Positions 1-9,349 of a DNA stretch of 64,000 nucleotides are shown in pieces. The notes under the pieces are model-generated. The model saw nothing but the letters and a program-made list of their open reading frames with translations. It ran no database searches and had not been told where the DNA came from. Every line of letters starts with the position of its first letter. Position 1 is the stretch's first letter. The translations under genes and the position numbers were made by a program. Source of the stretch: an archaeon (GTDB lineage Archaea; Nanobdellota; Nanobdellia; Woesearchaeales; UBA9642); contig JAGVGF010000006.1 of assembly GCA_020057295.1 (NCBI GenBank), forward strand, positions 32,001 to 96,000. The letters run 5' to 3'.

Positions 1-345
1 GATCAGATCAATGATTATATTATACCATTGTTGAAAAAAGATCCTAATAGTAGACGTGCAGTGATATCATTGTTTAATCCTGCAACTGATTCCGACATAT
101 TAAACAAGAGCGTCCCTAGTTTATTATTCATATATTTTAAAATCAAAGACGGTAAGTTAAATACTACTTGCTTTATTAGAAGTAATGATTTCTTTATAGG
201 TTGGCCGGGTAACATTTATCAAATATATTTACTACAAAAATATGTTGCTGATAAATTAAATACTAAAACAGGAGCATTATCCACGATATCATGTAGTGCA
301 CATATATTTCAAGAAAATCTCGAAAATATAAATAAAATATTATAA
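1..345 (+). CDS. thyA: Thymidylate synthase (ThyA)-family protein, 5'-partial; catalytic Cys position reads Ser
   Basis: Frame open from base 1: DQINDYIIPLLKKDPNSRRA...VPSL...RSNDFFIGWPGN...SAHIF, which are ThyA motifs (SRR, RSxD, N, HIY/F). Confidence 0.8.
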   Translation, partial: DQINDYIIPLLKKDPNSRRAVISLFNPATDSDILNKSVPSLLFIYFKIKDGKLNTTCFIRSNDFFIGWPGNIYQIYLLQKYVADKLNTKTGALSTISCSAHIFQENLENINKIL

Positions 346-435
346 AGAATATATCAAAAAAAATAATATTAGAAATCACTAATTCTCGAGTGTAAAACAA
401 AAAAGTTTATAAATAAGTTGCCGCAGTTGTGAATT

Positions 436-624
436 ATGACAAAGAAAGAATATCAAGACGGAGAAGAACCTCCAGTTGATGAATTTGAATCTAATCCTGA
501 AAGTTTAAGGGATGCTGACGCAATTACTGATGCAGAAGAAGCATTCATGGAAGGATACGAATCAGGAATGGATGAGGAAGAAGAAGAGGAAGAAAAAGAA
601 AAAGTCGATGAATTTGATATATAA
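436..624 (+). CDS. Small highly acidic hypothetical protein
   Basis: 62-aa ORF, Glu/Asp-rich (EEAFMEGY), TATA-like tttataaa about 25 nt upstream. Confidence 0.7.
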   Translation: MTKKEYQDGEEPPVDEFESNPESLRDADAITDAEEAFMEGYESGMDEEEEEEEKEKVDEFDI

Positions 625-697
625 TCCTCTACAGTAACACTGTTTCTAGACTACATTTAAGAAGCTTGTCAAGATATAATTTTTAAGAAAAATTTAA

Positions 698-976
698 TTA
701 TGATTCTAGTCCGAATGAATCTGTAAATTCTGCAATCATCTTGTATTTATTCAAATAATCAAAGCCTTTCTGTGTCAAAGAATATGTTTTGCTATCGCCT
801 TGAATATTTTCTAATATAAAATCTTTACCCATTAACTCTTTCAAGTATTCTTCCATCATTTGATGAGAAAGGTTGCTCTTATAAAGAATATGGGTTGGCT
901 TAATACGATTGTTTTTGTCATGTACTGCCTTCAATATATCGTAGATTATTCTTAATCTATCACGTTTTTTTGCCAT
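698..976 (-). CDS. Winged-helix transcription regulator (archaeal HTH_45-like)
   Basis: MAKKRDRLRIIYDIL...THILYKSNLS...YLKEL...YSLTQKG pattern; start moved to ATG at 976. Confidence 0.8.
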   Translation of the reverse strand: MAKKRDRLRIIYDILKAVHDKNNRIKPTHILYKSNLSHQMMEEYLKELMGKDFILENIQGDSKTYSLTQKGFDYLNKYKMIAEFTDSFGLES

Positions 977-1661
977 TTTTACGCTTTTGTTTCTGTTTTC
1001 CAACCCTTAATATAAATAATAAATTAACCAACACCAGTATGTAAGCTATTAACTCTAATATGTGTCCTATAACATAATATGTTGAATTATCCATAGCAAA
1101 TATAAATTGTAAATATGCTATAAATAATAATATCATTGCAATAAGTACAATTAGTGATGTAGACTTACGCGTAGCCCAATAATTTCTTAGATAATAATAA
1201 ACTATAAATCCGAGCAATACTGCAGATAACATGTATAATAAAAATGTCTTATAAGGACTAAAATATAAGGCTGAAAATACGAGCAAGAATAACAGTATAA
1301 ACGTCTGTAAACTATAGATTCTTAATGCAACATATGCTAAAAGTAATAATCCTATGAGAAATAATATTGCGTGTACATAGATTCCGAACAGATTTAATAA
1401 ATATACGTCCTGTAATTTTATCAATCCACAAATATCATCATCCAATCGCGCCATCATTATAAAATTTAATACAGATTGAACAATATAAGATGCTGCTATG
1501 AAAAAGAATGCTAATGAGAATAATTTTATATTACGTTCTCCTGATATCTTATAGATTTTCCAAGCATAAAAGCTTACTAGTAGAGTGATTACAGCAAATA
1601 ATACTTCTAATAGTATATCATATCCAAAGAACCATTGTGGTGTTATAAAGACGTTACCCAT
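960..1661 (-). CDS. Polytopic (about 7 TM) membrane protein, possible sensor
   Basis: Seven hydrophobic segments; overlaps the downstream HTH gene. Confidence 0.7.
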   Translation of the reverse strand: MGNVFITPQWFFGYDILLEVLFAVITLLVSFYAWKIYKISGERNIKLFSLAFFFIAASYIVQSVLNFIMMARLDDDICGLIKLQDVYLLNLFGIYVHAILFLIGLLLLAYVALRIYSLQTFILLFLLVFSALYFSPYKTFLLYMLSAVLLGFIVYYYLRNYWATRKSTSLIVLIAMILLFIAYLQFIFAMDNSTYYVIGHILELIAYILVLVNLLFILRVGKQKQKRKNGKKT

Positions 1662-1765
1662 ACTTATAGAGTAATTGGACTGTTTTTATAGTTTATGGAA
1701 ACGGCCTACATAAATATATATTGATAACAACACAACAATACATCTATATTGGCTTAAATATTAAC

Positions 1766-3694
1766 TTAATCCATATCAAATGTTAAAGATTTGCTTCTTA
1801 TATTAGAGACCATTTTCTGGATAAATGCTTCTTTGCTAACACCAAACTTGACTTTACCATCAAGTGTTCTGACCGCTAGTGTATGATTTTCCATTTCCTT
1901 ATCACCAATAGTAATCATTAAGGGTATTTGTAGCAACTGTGCATCCCTAACTTTTTTAGGAGTACTTTCTGTACGTTCATCGACTTCTACACGAATACCG
2001 TGTCTATGCATTTCTGCTTGTAAATCTTTACAATACGCAGTATGCCTATCAGCTATAGGTAACAATTTAACTTGAACAGGACTAAGCCATAAAGGAAATT
2101 TACCAGCAAAGTGTTCCGTCATTATTCCAAAAAATCTTTCAAGAGATCCTAATATCGCTCTATGAATCATAACGGCATACTGCTTCTTACCATCATTATC
2201 AACATACATTGTCTCAAACCTTTGTGGCAAATTAAAATCAAGTTGACATGTTGGACACTGCCACTTTCGTCCTAATGCATCTTCTATATCTATATCAATT
2301 TTTGGACCATAAAATGCTCCGTCACCAGGCTTAACTTCATAAGGTATATCTGCCTTCTTCAATGCACTTGCAAGTATTCCTTCAGCCTGATCCCACAACT
2401 CTTTAGTTCCAAGCGACTTTTCTGGTTTCGTAGACAAATAATATTTTAATTTAAAATTAAATACTTCATTCCATACATATTTAATAAATTCTAGTACGCC
2501 AAATACTTCATCTTCTATCTGATCAAATCTACAAAATATGTGTGCATCATCTTGTGAAAATTTTCTAACTCTGACCATTCCTGTTAATGTCCCGGAAAAT
2601 TCGTTTCTATGCAATGAACAGAAATCTGCAATTCTTATAGGCAAATCCTTGTAACTTTTTACATCTCTATTATATATTAAACAGTGCGATGGACAATTCA
2701 TGGGTTTTAATGAAAATTCCTGACCCTCAATATCAAGTACAAACATATCGCTTCTATAATGTTCCCAATGTCCAGATGTTTCCCACAATTTTTTATTGTA
2801 CATTTGAGGAGTTATTACCTCTTTGTATCCTCTCTTTTGATATTCAGATCGTATAAAATTTAGTAATTCATTATATATTATCGTTCCGTTAAATAGAAAA
2901 AAAGGCGCTCCTGGAGAATATTCGTGAAAATAAACGAGATTCAAATCCTGTGTTAATTTTCTATGATCTCTCTTTTCCGCTTCTTCGAGTAATTTTAAGT
3001 AAGCATCTAAATCTTTCTTTTCAATAAATGCTGTACCATAAATTCTTTGAAGTTGTTTGTTATTACTATCTGCTCTCCAATATGCTCCAGCTACTTTCAT
3101 AAGCTTAACTGCTTTTAATTTAGAAGTTCTTGGAACATGAGGTCCTCGACATAAATCAAAGAATTCTCCTTGTTTATACATAGAAATTTTTTCAGTAGCA
3201 TCATCCATTGCTTCAATCATTTCAACTTTATAGTCATTTGTTGCAAACAATTTTAATGCATCACGCTTGGATAATTCTTCTCTATAAACCGGCAAATCTT
3301 CTTTAACGATTTTTTCCATTTCTGCCTCTATTGCTGCAAAGTCGTTAGTACTAAAAGTTTTTTCAGAATCAATATCATAATAAAACCCTTCCTCTACAAC
3401 TGGACCAATAGTTAATTTAATGTCAGGATACATTCGAGTTAATGCTTGCGCAAGCAAATGCGCACTACTATGTCTTATAACTTCTAATCCTTCTTTGTCT
3501 CTTCCAGTAATTATTTGTAACTGTGAATCTCCAGAAATTTTAGAGGACATGTCAACTAATTTGCCATTGACTTTTGCTGCTAACGCGGCCATTGCAAGTC
3601 TCGGACCAATCTTTTCAGCAATCTCCATAATAGAAGTTTCCTTAGGATACTCTGCTACATTACCATCAGGAAAAGTTATTTTAACAACACTCAT
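1766..3694 (-). CDS. thrS: Threonyl-tRNA synthetase, bacterial type with TGS and editing domains
   Basis: TGS N-terminus, HSSAHLLAQA, DLCRGPHV, KPMNCP, GAFYGPKID, HRAILGSLERF. Confidence 0.97.
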   Translation of the reverse strand: MSVVKITFPDGNVAEYPKETSIMEIAEKIGPRLAMAALAAKVNGKLVDMSSKISGDSQLQIITGRDKEGLEVIRHSSAHLLAQALTRMYPDIKLTIGPVVEEGFYYDIDSEKTFSTNDFAAIEAEMEKIVKEDLPVYREELSKRDALKLFATNDYKVEMIEAMDDATEKISMYKQGEFFDLCRGPHVPRTSKLKAVKLMKVAGAYWRADSNNKQLQRIYGTAFIEKKDLDAYLKLLEEAEKRDHRKLTQDLNLVYFHEYSPGAPFFLFNGTIIYNELLNFIRSEYQKRGYKEVITPQMYNKKLWETSGHWEHYRSDMFVLDIEGQEFSLKPMNCPSHCLIYNRDVKSYKDLPIRIADFCSLHRNEFSGTLTGMVRVRKFSQDDAHIFCRFDQIEDEVFGVLEFIKYVWNEVFNFKLKYYLSTKPEKSLGTKELWDQAEGILASALKKADIPYEVKPGDGAFYGPKIDIDIEDALGRKWQCPTCQLDFNLPQRFETMYVDNDGKKQYAVMIHRAILGSLERFFGIMTEHFAGKFPLWLSPVQVKLLPIADRHTAYCKDLQAEMHRHGIRVEVDERTESTPKKVRDAQLLQIPLMITIGDKEMENHTLAVRTLDGKVKFGVSKEAFIQKMVSNIRSKSLTFDMD

Positions 3695-3802
3695 TCAAAT
3701 CACCCACGCAATACAACTGCGTATAATAGCAAAAATAGTCGAGATTTTAAAAGTTTATTATTATATTGAGAGTTTATCTAATAATAGATGTTATAATAGA
3801 TA

Positions 3803-4009
3803 TTATCCTCTTCTGTTCATTCGATGTTTACGAAAAAATAGATTTAGAAATAACAATATAAAAAAAATCACTAATGACACAATCATTCCTATCTGCAGTT
3901 CTGTCATATCAGAGAACTTTTTTCCACTGGTGGAAAAAACATATAGCAGCAAAGTAAATATTAAGAAGAATAAAATCATAAAAAAATATATTAGTTTACG
4001 TGTATTCAT
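3803..4009 (-). CDS. Small two-TM membrane protein
   Basis: Two hydrophobic helices; co-oriented with neighbours. Confidence 0.6.
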   Translation of the reverse strand: MNTRKLIYFFMILFFLIFTLLLYVFSTSGKKFSDMTELQIGMIVSLVIFFILLFLNLFFRKHRMNRRG

Positions 4010-4034
4010 AAAATATAAAAAATATTTTTATAAA

Positions 4035-4232
4035 TTATTTCTTATCAACTTTGTACATGAACGTATTTCTCTTGCCTGTGTTCTTGTACTTGATTATATT
4101 CGTCTTACGTAATTTTTTAAGACTCATAGTTACTGAGCCTATAGAAACTTTTAATTTTTCAGAAATTTCTCTAGATGTAAACCATTTACCTTTGTTTTTA
4201 CATAAAAAGTCGTATACTTCCTGTTGACCCAT
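4035..4232 (-). CDS. Small winged-helix DNA-binding protein
   Basis: FTSREISEKLKVSIGSVTMSLKKLRK HTH pattern; gggggt SD-like element upstream. Confidence 0.8.
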   Translation of the reverse strand: MGQQEVYDFLCKNKGKWFTSREISEKLKVSIGSVTMSLKKLRKTNIIKYKNTGKRNTFMYKVDKK

Positions 4233-4249
4233 TATAATAACCCCCGTTA

Positions 4250-4309
4250 ATACATGAAACTCATGTATAAAATATATGTTCTAAAATACATGAAACCAAG
4301 CATGTATTT
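4250..4309. promoter_or_regulatory. Two palindromic operator-like sites with TACATG half-sites upstream of the HTH gene
   Basis: ATACATG-N5-CATGTAT (4250-4268) and AAATACATG-N8-CATGTATTT (4284-4309). Confidence 0.55.
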
Positions 4310-4460
4310 AAGCTTTTCCTTTTCACTCGATAGTTATAGCATATGCAAAAAAAGACATCGTCAATATAATCGTCTTTTTTGCACCCTAAAAATGATAAAA
4401 TCATTTTTATGGTTTATAAATGTTGATTTATAAAGAATAAGCACAAAATAAGACGAAAAA

Positions 4461-4712
4461 TTAACGTTTAGGTTTAGTAAACAAGTTTACAACAACTTCA
4501 TAATCACTTTTTTTTACGTATAAGCTATTCATGCCATCAGATTGAAGTTCACTATCATGCTCAACTCTAAATGGAATGTTATTAGCTTGAAGAACAGCAA
4601 CCAAGTCTTTATCATGAGAATCCATACCAAACAATCCCGCATTTTCAATTAGCGTATATTGTATCCATCCTTCAGAATCCATTTTTTCCATCAATTTAGT
4701 TTTTTTATCCAT
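4461..4712 (-). CDS. Hypothetical protein (DUF2007-like pattern)
   Basis: Start MDKKTKL at 4712 after ggtga SD; LQANNIPFRV...LYVKKSDYE. Confidence 0.6.
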   Translation of the reverse strand: MDKKTKLMEKMDSEGWIQYTLIENAGLFGMDSHDKDLVAVLQANNIPFRVEHDSELQSDGMNSLYVKKSDYEVVVNLFTKPKR

Positions 4713-4720
4713 AAAATCAC

Positions 4721-4855
4721 CTATAATACAAATCCTAAAACAATTGCTACTAATCCTACAGCAATAATAGCATATGCTATCCATAAATCCATACTTAAAT
4801 TTTTGAAATAATCAGAAAAACCATCAGAATCCAATGTTATTTTCTTATCTGCCAT
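4721..4855 (-). CDS. 44-aa C-terminally anchored membrane microprotein (not in ORF track)
   Basis: MADKKITLDSDGFSDYFKNLSMDLWIAYAIIAVGLVAIVLGFVL*; tiles exactly between neighbours. Confidence 0.65.
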   Translation of the reverse strand: MADKKITLDSDGFSDYFKNLSMDLWIAYAIIAVGLVAIVLGFVL

Positions 4856-4856
4856 C

Positions 4857-4988
4857 TTAATTCACACTTAAAGCTTTCATCGTCTTATTGCCACAATGTG
4901 GACATACCCATTCCTGAAATATACTATTACCAGAATTTAATTTTCCAGCCTTCTTCAATTCAGATTTACACTTTGAACATACTTCCAT
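4857..4988 (-). CDS. 43-aa zinc-ribbon microprotein (not in ORF track)
   Basis: MEVCSKC...WVCPHCGNKTMKALSVN*; two CxxC; gaggtga SD upstream. Confidence 0.75.
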   Translation of the reverse strand: MEVCSKCKSELKKAGKLNSGNSIFQEWVCPHCGNKTMKALSVN

Positions 4989-5075
4989 ACTATTCACCTC
5001 TTGAATCTTAGAAAGACTTGTTTATATAGTTTATTAATTGAAAATTATAATAAAGCCATACTAATAATTTTATAA

Positions 5076-6170
5076 TTATCGTAGATGTATCTCAATTATA
5101 TCTCTATCCTGTAACTTGTGATCTAACATAAATCTTTGTCCAGGAAATTTTGAACTTTTACCCCAAACTCTACAGAATTTGAATTTTGAAACAAAATCTT
5201 TATGTAACTTATTACATATATCTTCAATTTTTGAATTTCTAGCTATAATTAACGGAATTTTTAGGTCTGCCTCTTTGCTTGGTTCCTTCAAATATATTCT
5301 TATTAAATCTAATTTTTCAAATATCAATTCTTTTAACTGCTCAATATAGATTTTGTCCTTTGCACTAATTGCTAAATCTGCTTTTAACTCAGTAACAATT
5401 TTTTCAACTTGTTTTTCTGTTGCTAAATCAATTTTATTTACAACAATGATTGCAGGAATATATTTTTTATTACCCTCTAAAACATCAATAAATTCATCAA
5501 CATCGATATCAGTTCTTATAATAATATCGGCATTATTTATCTTAAATTCTTTACATACAGATTTTATTGTTTCCTCATCAATCTTGGTCAATTTTACTGT
5601 ACTAGCAACCTTTATTCCACCATGCGAACCCTTAACTATCCTAACTTCCGGTTTCTTTTTATTTAATCTTAAGTGCGAATCATATATCTCTTTTTTTAAC
5701 ACGTCATAATGCTCAGGAGCATTCACATCAATAATTAATAGTGCTAAATCGGCAGATCTCATTACGGACAATACTTCCTTACCTCTTCCTGTTCCAGCTG
5801 CTGCACCTTTAACAATTCCTGGAACATCTAATATCTGAATTTTTGCATCACCAAAATGCATTATTCCAGGAACAACAGTTAATGTTGTAAATGCATAAGC
5901 AGCAGTTTTAGACTCTGCATTTGTTAAATCATTTAACAGAGTAGATTTTCCAACTGATGGAAATCCTACAAGAATTACTGTTCCATCGCCTGTTTTTCTA
6001 ACATCATAACCTTCCATCTTCTTGCCGCCAGAACCACGAGTTTCACGTTTTTCCTTAAGCTTGGCAAGTTTAGCCTTCATTAAGCCGACGGCATGTTGTG
6101 TACTTTTATTATATTTAGTCTTAGCAATTTGTGCTTCTATCTCTTGAATTTCTGAATTATATTCTACCAC
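5076..6170 (-). CDS. DRG/Rbg1-family ribosome-associated GTPase with TGS domain
   Basis: GFPSVGKS, YAFTTLT, DVPG, NKID, C-terminal TGS. Confidence 0.95.
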   Translation of the reverse strand: MVEYNSEIQEIEAQIAKTKYNKSTQHAVGLMKAKLAKLKEKRETRGSGGKKMEGYDVRKTGDGTVILVGFPSVGKSTLLNDLTNAESKTAAYAFTTLTVVPGIMHFGDAKIQILDVPGIVKGAAAGTGRGKEVLSVMRSADLALLIIDVNAPEHYDVLKKEIYDSHLRLNKKKPEVRIVKGSHGGIKVASTVKLTKIDEETIKSVCKEFKINNADIIIRTDIDVDEFIDVLEGNKKYIPAIIVVNKIDLATEKQVEKIVTELKADLAISAKDKIYIEQLKELIFEKLDLIRIYLKEPSKEADLKIPLIIARNSKIEDICNKLHKDFVSKFKFCRVWGKSSKFPGQRFMLDHKLQDRDIIEIHLR

Positions 6171-6253
6171 AATGATGAATATTCTTAACTTGTTTTAAAG
6201 TTTTCGCGTTTAGAAGGATAAAATTTAAATATAACGTCTCCTAAAACCATTAT

Positions 6254-7198
6254 ATGAAAAAGGGGTACTCAATAATAATCATCTTTTCTATACTATTATT
6301 ATCTTTAAGAATAGTTAGTGCAGCTTATTCTTGTATGGATGGATCATCAGATACTCCTTGCGTGTGTGGTCATACTCCAAACTCTGCTCAAGGATACGGA
6401 CAAGTAATCATTGGTGGCGGTAATGTTTCTATAATATCATGCGATAATATTGATGATGATGCCTGCCCAGAAGATTTTATGGATCCAGTAACTAGACAAG
6501 TTGGTAATTGTAGTAGTTGTCCTGACCCTGATTGTACAGCAACAGTCAATGGAGGAGTGTTAGAAGACAGAACAGGTGCTCCTGTTGAGAAAGCTGTAAT
6601 AACTGGAAATCCTATTAAGTGGAATCAGAGTGCAAATCTTGAGCGTAGCAATTTGTCAACAAATGCTCAGGGTAACTTTACGCTTACAGCGTTAACTGGA
6701 ACATATTTTTTCAGTGCATCAAAAGGTGCTTATGATACTCAATTAATAGAAGCAACAGTTATAAGAGGAAAAACAGCAAGCATATATTTCAGATTAATTA
6801 ATGGTACATGTCATTCAGATTGTACAAACAGTTATGGTAGATGTAATCAGGCATGTGATGGTGTAAACTTTACTGATGGAATGTGTAGATTCTATAGTAC
6901 AGGAGCATCACCATTAAGGAATGATGCTGGTGCAGTAATATTTGATGGTAGCATAGCTTCTCAATGTAATAATAGAATGTTGAATACAGAAATAAGATTA
7001 GGTCAAAAAAATGCCACGGCAGCATATTTTATCAAATGTAATACCAATACAGCACCATACAGCAACGCACCGTACATTAAATACTATGCTACAGCCTCAA
7101 CAGATACTGGCACAATAAAGAATTTGATTAAAGTTGAAAAAATAGCCAAATATAATGATATACCTGTAAGAGTTGTTATAGCATATTGGCAATCATAA
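6254..7198 (+). CDS. Secreted Cys-rich protein with carboxypeptidase-regulatory-like beta-sandwich
   Basis: Signal peptide, many Cys, TNAQGNFTL...GTYFFSASKGAY motif. Confidence 0.65.
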   Translation: MKKGYSIIIIFSILLLSLRIVSAAYSCMDGSSDTPCVCGHTPNSAQGYGQVIIGGGNVSIISCDNIDDDACPEDFMDPVTRQVGNCSSCPDPDCTATVNGGVLEDRTGAPVEKAVITGNPIKWNQSANLERSNLSTNAQGNFTLTALTGTYFFSASKGAYDTQLIEATVIRGKTASIYFRLINGTCHSDCTNSYGRCNQACDGVNFTDGMCRFYSTGASPLRNDAGAVIFDGSIASQCNNRMLNTEIRLGQKNATAAYFIKCNTNTAPYSNAPYIKYYATASTDTGTIKNLIKVEKIAKYNDIPVRVVIAYWQS

Positions 7199-7277
7199 TT
7201 GTAAACATTAACTTTAGCAAAATTTTTATACCAAATTCTATAGTTAGACACAATATTAGTAAAAAATGGGGTGAAGT

Positions 7278-7796
7278 GTGTTTAAGAGATTAAAAAAGAA
7301 AGGCTACTACTTCGTTATTGATGCGCTAATAGGAGCCACAATTATTTTCTTGTCATTAATGATTATATTAAATAGTGGTTCAAGACCTACAAAGGTGCAG
7401 TATAATTATGAAATGGCTGAAGAATATACTTCATTTATTATTAATACTAAAATGGAAGATTTAAACAGCGAATTGGTTCTACAAATGATTAATGACGGAC
7501 GTATTAAAGATACAAGACATAGTATTATAGAACAAGTTGACGAATTTGATTATAAGTCGATGAGTTCCGATGCTACAGCATTGGTTCAGAACATTACAGA
7601 ACCATTAATACCACAAAAATACGGATTTTCATACACGTTAATTAAAGGTGTCACACGAACACTAATTTACAGCAGGGCTTCTCCTGATATAAATAATGCT
7701 AAAATAGTTATTGCATCAAAAAAGATTACATTTCTTCAAATTGATAGTAGCACAATGTTTGGACCTGCACTTGTGGAGATTAAAATATGGGCATAA
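7278..7796 (+). CDS. Pilin-like protein with class III signal peptide
   Basis: KKKG|YYFVIDALIGATIIFLSLMII. Confidence 0.75.
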   Translation: MFKRLKKKGYYFVIDALIGATIIFLSLMIILNSGSRPTKVQYNYEMAEEYTSFIINTKMEDLNSELVLQMINDGRIKDTRHSIIEQVDEFDYKSMSSDATALVQNITEPLIPQKYGFSYTLIKGVTRTLIYSRASPDINNAKIVIASKKITFLQIDSSTMFGPALVEIKIWA

Positions 7797-8815
7797 TATT
7801 AAACAATAAAGGTAAAATGAAAAAAAAGGCAATATTGTTCTCTCTTATATCTGTATTGATGTCTATATTGTTTATAACATTATTTTCTCAAACATTTAGC
7901 ACAGTATTAGAAGATAGGATACCCGGAAGCAACATCAGAATAAAAGTTATTGATGTATACACAAGAAATTTTGAAAATTATGCTTCTGAAAGTATAAAGA
8001 TATCAACATACAGGGTGTTAGAATCTTTAACATCGCGTGGTTCTAGTCAAGGATTTTATACTGATCAAAATGATTTCAATAGAAAATTTTACAATTGCAT
8101 GACTTGTGGAACATTTGATTGTTCAGGGTCAGTATTACAACAATGTCCTATGGGCACTTCAGGTTATGATTTAAATTCTAGAATGAAAAATATTTCCGAC
8201 TTATCATTAGCACAATTAAATATTAAGACAGAATATAAGATACACAATGTAACAATAAGACAGGATTACCCTTTCGAGGTCGAAGTTACAATAAATATCT
8301 CATATAATATAACAGATAACAGCGGTAGCGGATATTATGCTAAATGGATAAAAAATAAAGTGATAACTCAAAGTGTATCCATAATAGGATTAACAGATCC
8401 TTTGGCTAATATTAGTAGTTATGGAAATGTGTCAAGAAAAATTACAAAATATAACGGTGTATGTGTTTTTAATGAAACTTGCTGGAATCTCGCTAACACA
8501 ATTACATTCTATAATAGTAATGATTATAGATACTATGTTGGAGGAGTAGGATTTTTACAGAGATATTGGAATGATCTCACACCATCATCATGTTGTGGAC
8601 TGGAACGTATAATGCATCCAACAGAATTCAAAATAGCATTCCCAGTTTACAGAAATAATAGTTATATAGACCATTATTATTGGAATGGCACAAATAATTG
8701 CTCTTTTGGAAAAATACTAAATTATACGTTCAATGGAGATAGTGTAAGTTTAGATGAAGAAACAGCTGCAAGGTATAAAATCAGTGCATATGGAACAGAG
8801 TTTTGTAAACCTTAA
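7787..8815 (+). CDS. Large pilin-like protein with class III signal peptide
   Basis: KKKA|ILFSLISVLMSILFITLF; Cys-rich extracellular domain. Confidence 0.7.
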   Translation: MGIILNNKGKMKKKAILFSLISVLMSILFITLFSQTFSTVLEDRIPGSNIRIKVIDVYTRNFENYASESIKISTYRVLESLTSRGSSQGFYTDQNDFNRKFYNCMTCGTFDCSGSVLQQCPMGTSGYDLNSRMKNISDLSLAQLNIKTEYKIHNVTIRQDYPFEVEVTINISYNITDNSGSGYYAKWIKNKVITQSVSIIGLTDPLANISSYGNVSRKITKYNGVCVFNETCWNLANTITFYNSNDYRYYVGGVGFLQRYWNDLTPSSCCGLERIMHPTEFKIAFPVYRNNSYIDHYYWNGTNNCSFGKILNYTFNGDSVSLDEETAARYKISAYGTEFCKP

Positions 8816-8892
8816 ATCAAGTACTACTATATAATAATCAACAAACTTTTTATAGGCTCCTGGAGAATGTTTTTAAGCATAATCATTGAAAA

Positions 8893-9348
8893 ATGGGTGA
8901 AGAGGTAGTTAGAACAGGGGTGGATGATCTCTTAGACTTGTTAGCGCGTAGTGCTAAGATTCCACTTACTGAAGCTGCAGCTAAGTTAAAGGTAGATGTA
9001 GGAGTAATCCAGGCATGGGTAGATTTCTTAGTTGAAGAAGGTATAGTAGGCATAGAATACAGATTTACTACACCTTACATATATCTCAATAAAGCTGTTA
9101 ATGCTAAAAAAGTCGAAGAACTAGATAAAGAAGAGAATTATAATATACAATTTTTTAAGAAAAAATTCTGGGAAAAGGCCAAATCTAATAACATACCTGA
9201 AAGTCAAATAGAAATGTTGTGGAAAAATCATATAGTTCAAGCATTAGATATTCAAAAGAAATATTTCTATTTTGAGTCACAACGTAGGAAATTACAGAAA
9301 GCAGATGAGTTATGGAAAGAATATAGGGAGTTAATACAATACACTTAA
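8893..9348 (+). CDS. Hypothetical protein with N-terminal winged-helix-like domain (pilus locus)
   Basis: TGVDDLLDLL...EAAAKLKV...IQAWVDFLVEEGIV. Confidence 0.6.
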   Translation: MGEEVVRTGVDDLLDLLARSAKIPLTEAAAKLKVDVGVIQAWVDFLVEEGIVGIEYRFTTPYIYLNKAVNAKKVEELDKEENYNIQFFKKKFWEKAKSNNIPESQIEMLWKNHIVQALDIQKKYFYFESQRRKLQKADELWKEYRELIQYT

Positions 9349-9349
9349 T

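Noticed and set aside
1766-3694. Bacterial-type ThrRS as a sign of contamination or novelty
   Set aside because: Flanked by archaeal genes with matching composition; bacterial-type ThrRS in some archaeal lineages is already known.
3420-4112. 230-aa plus-strand ORF and the many other antisense ORFs (e.g. 22851-23423, 37651-38211, 46022-46483)
   Set aside because: Shadow frames opposite well-supported genes, with no motifs.
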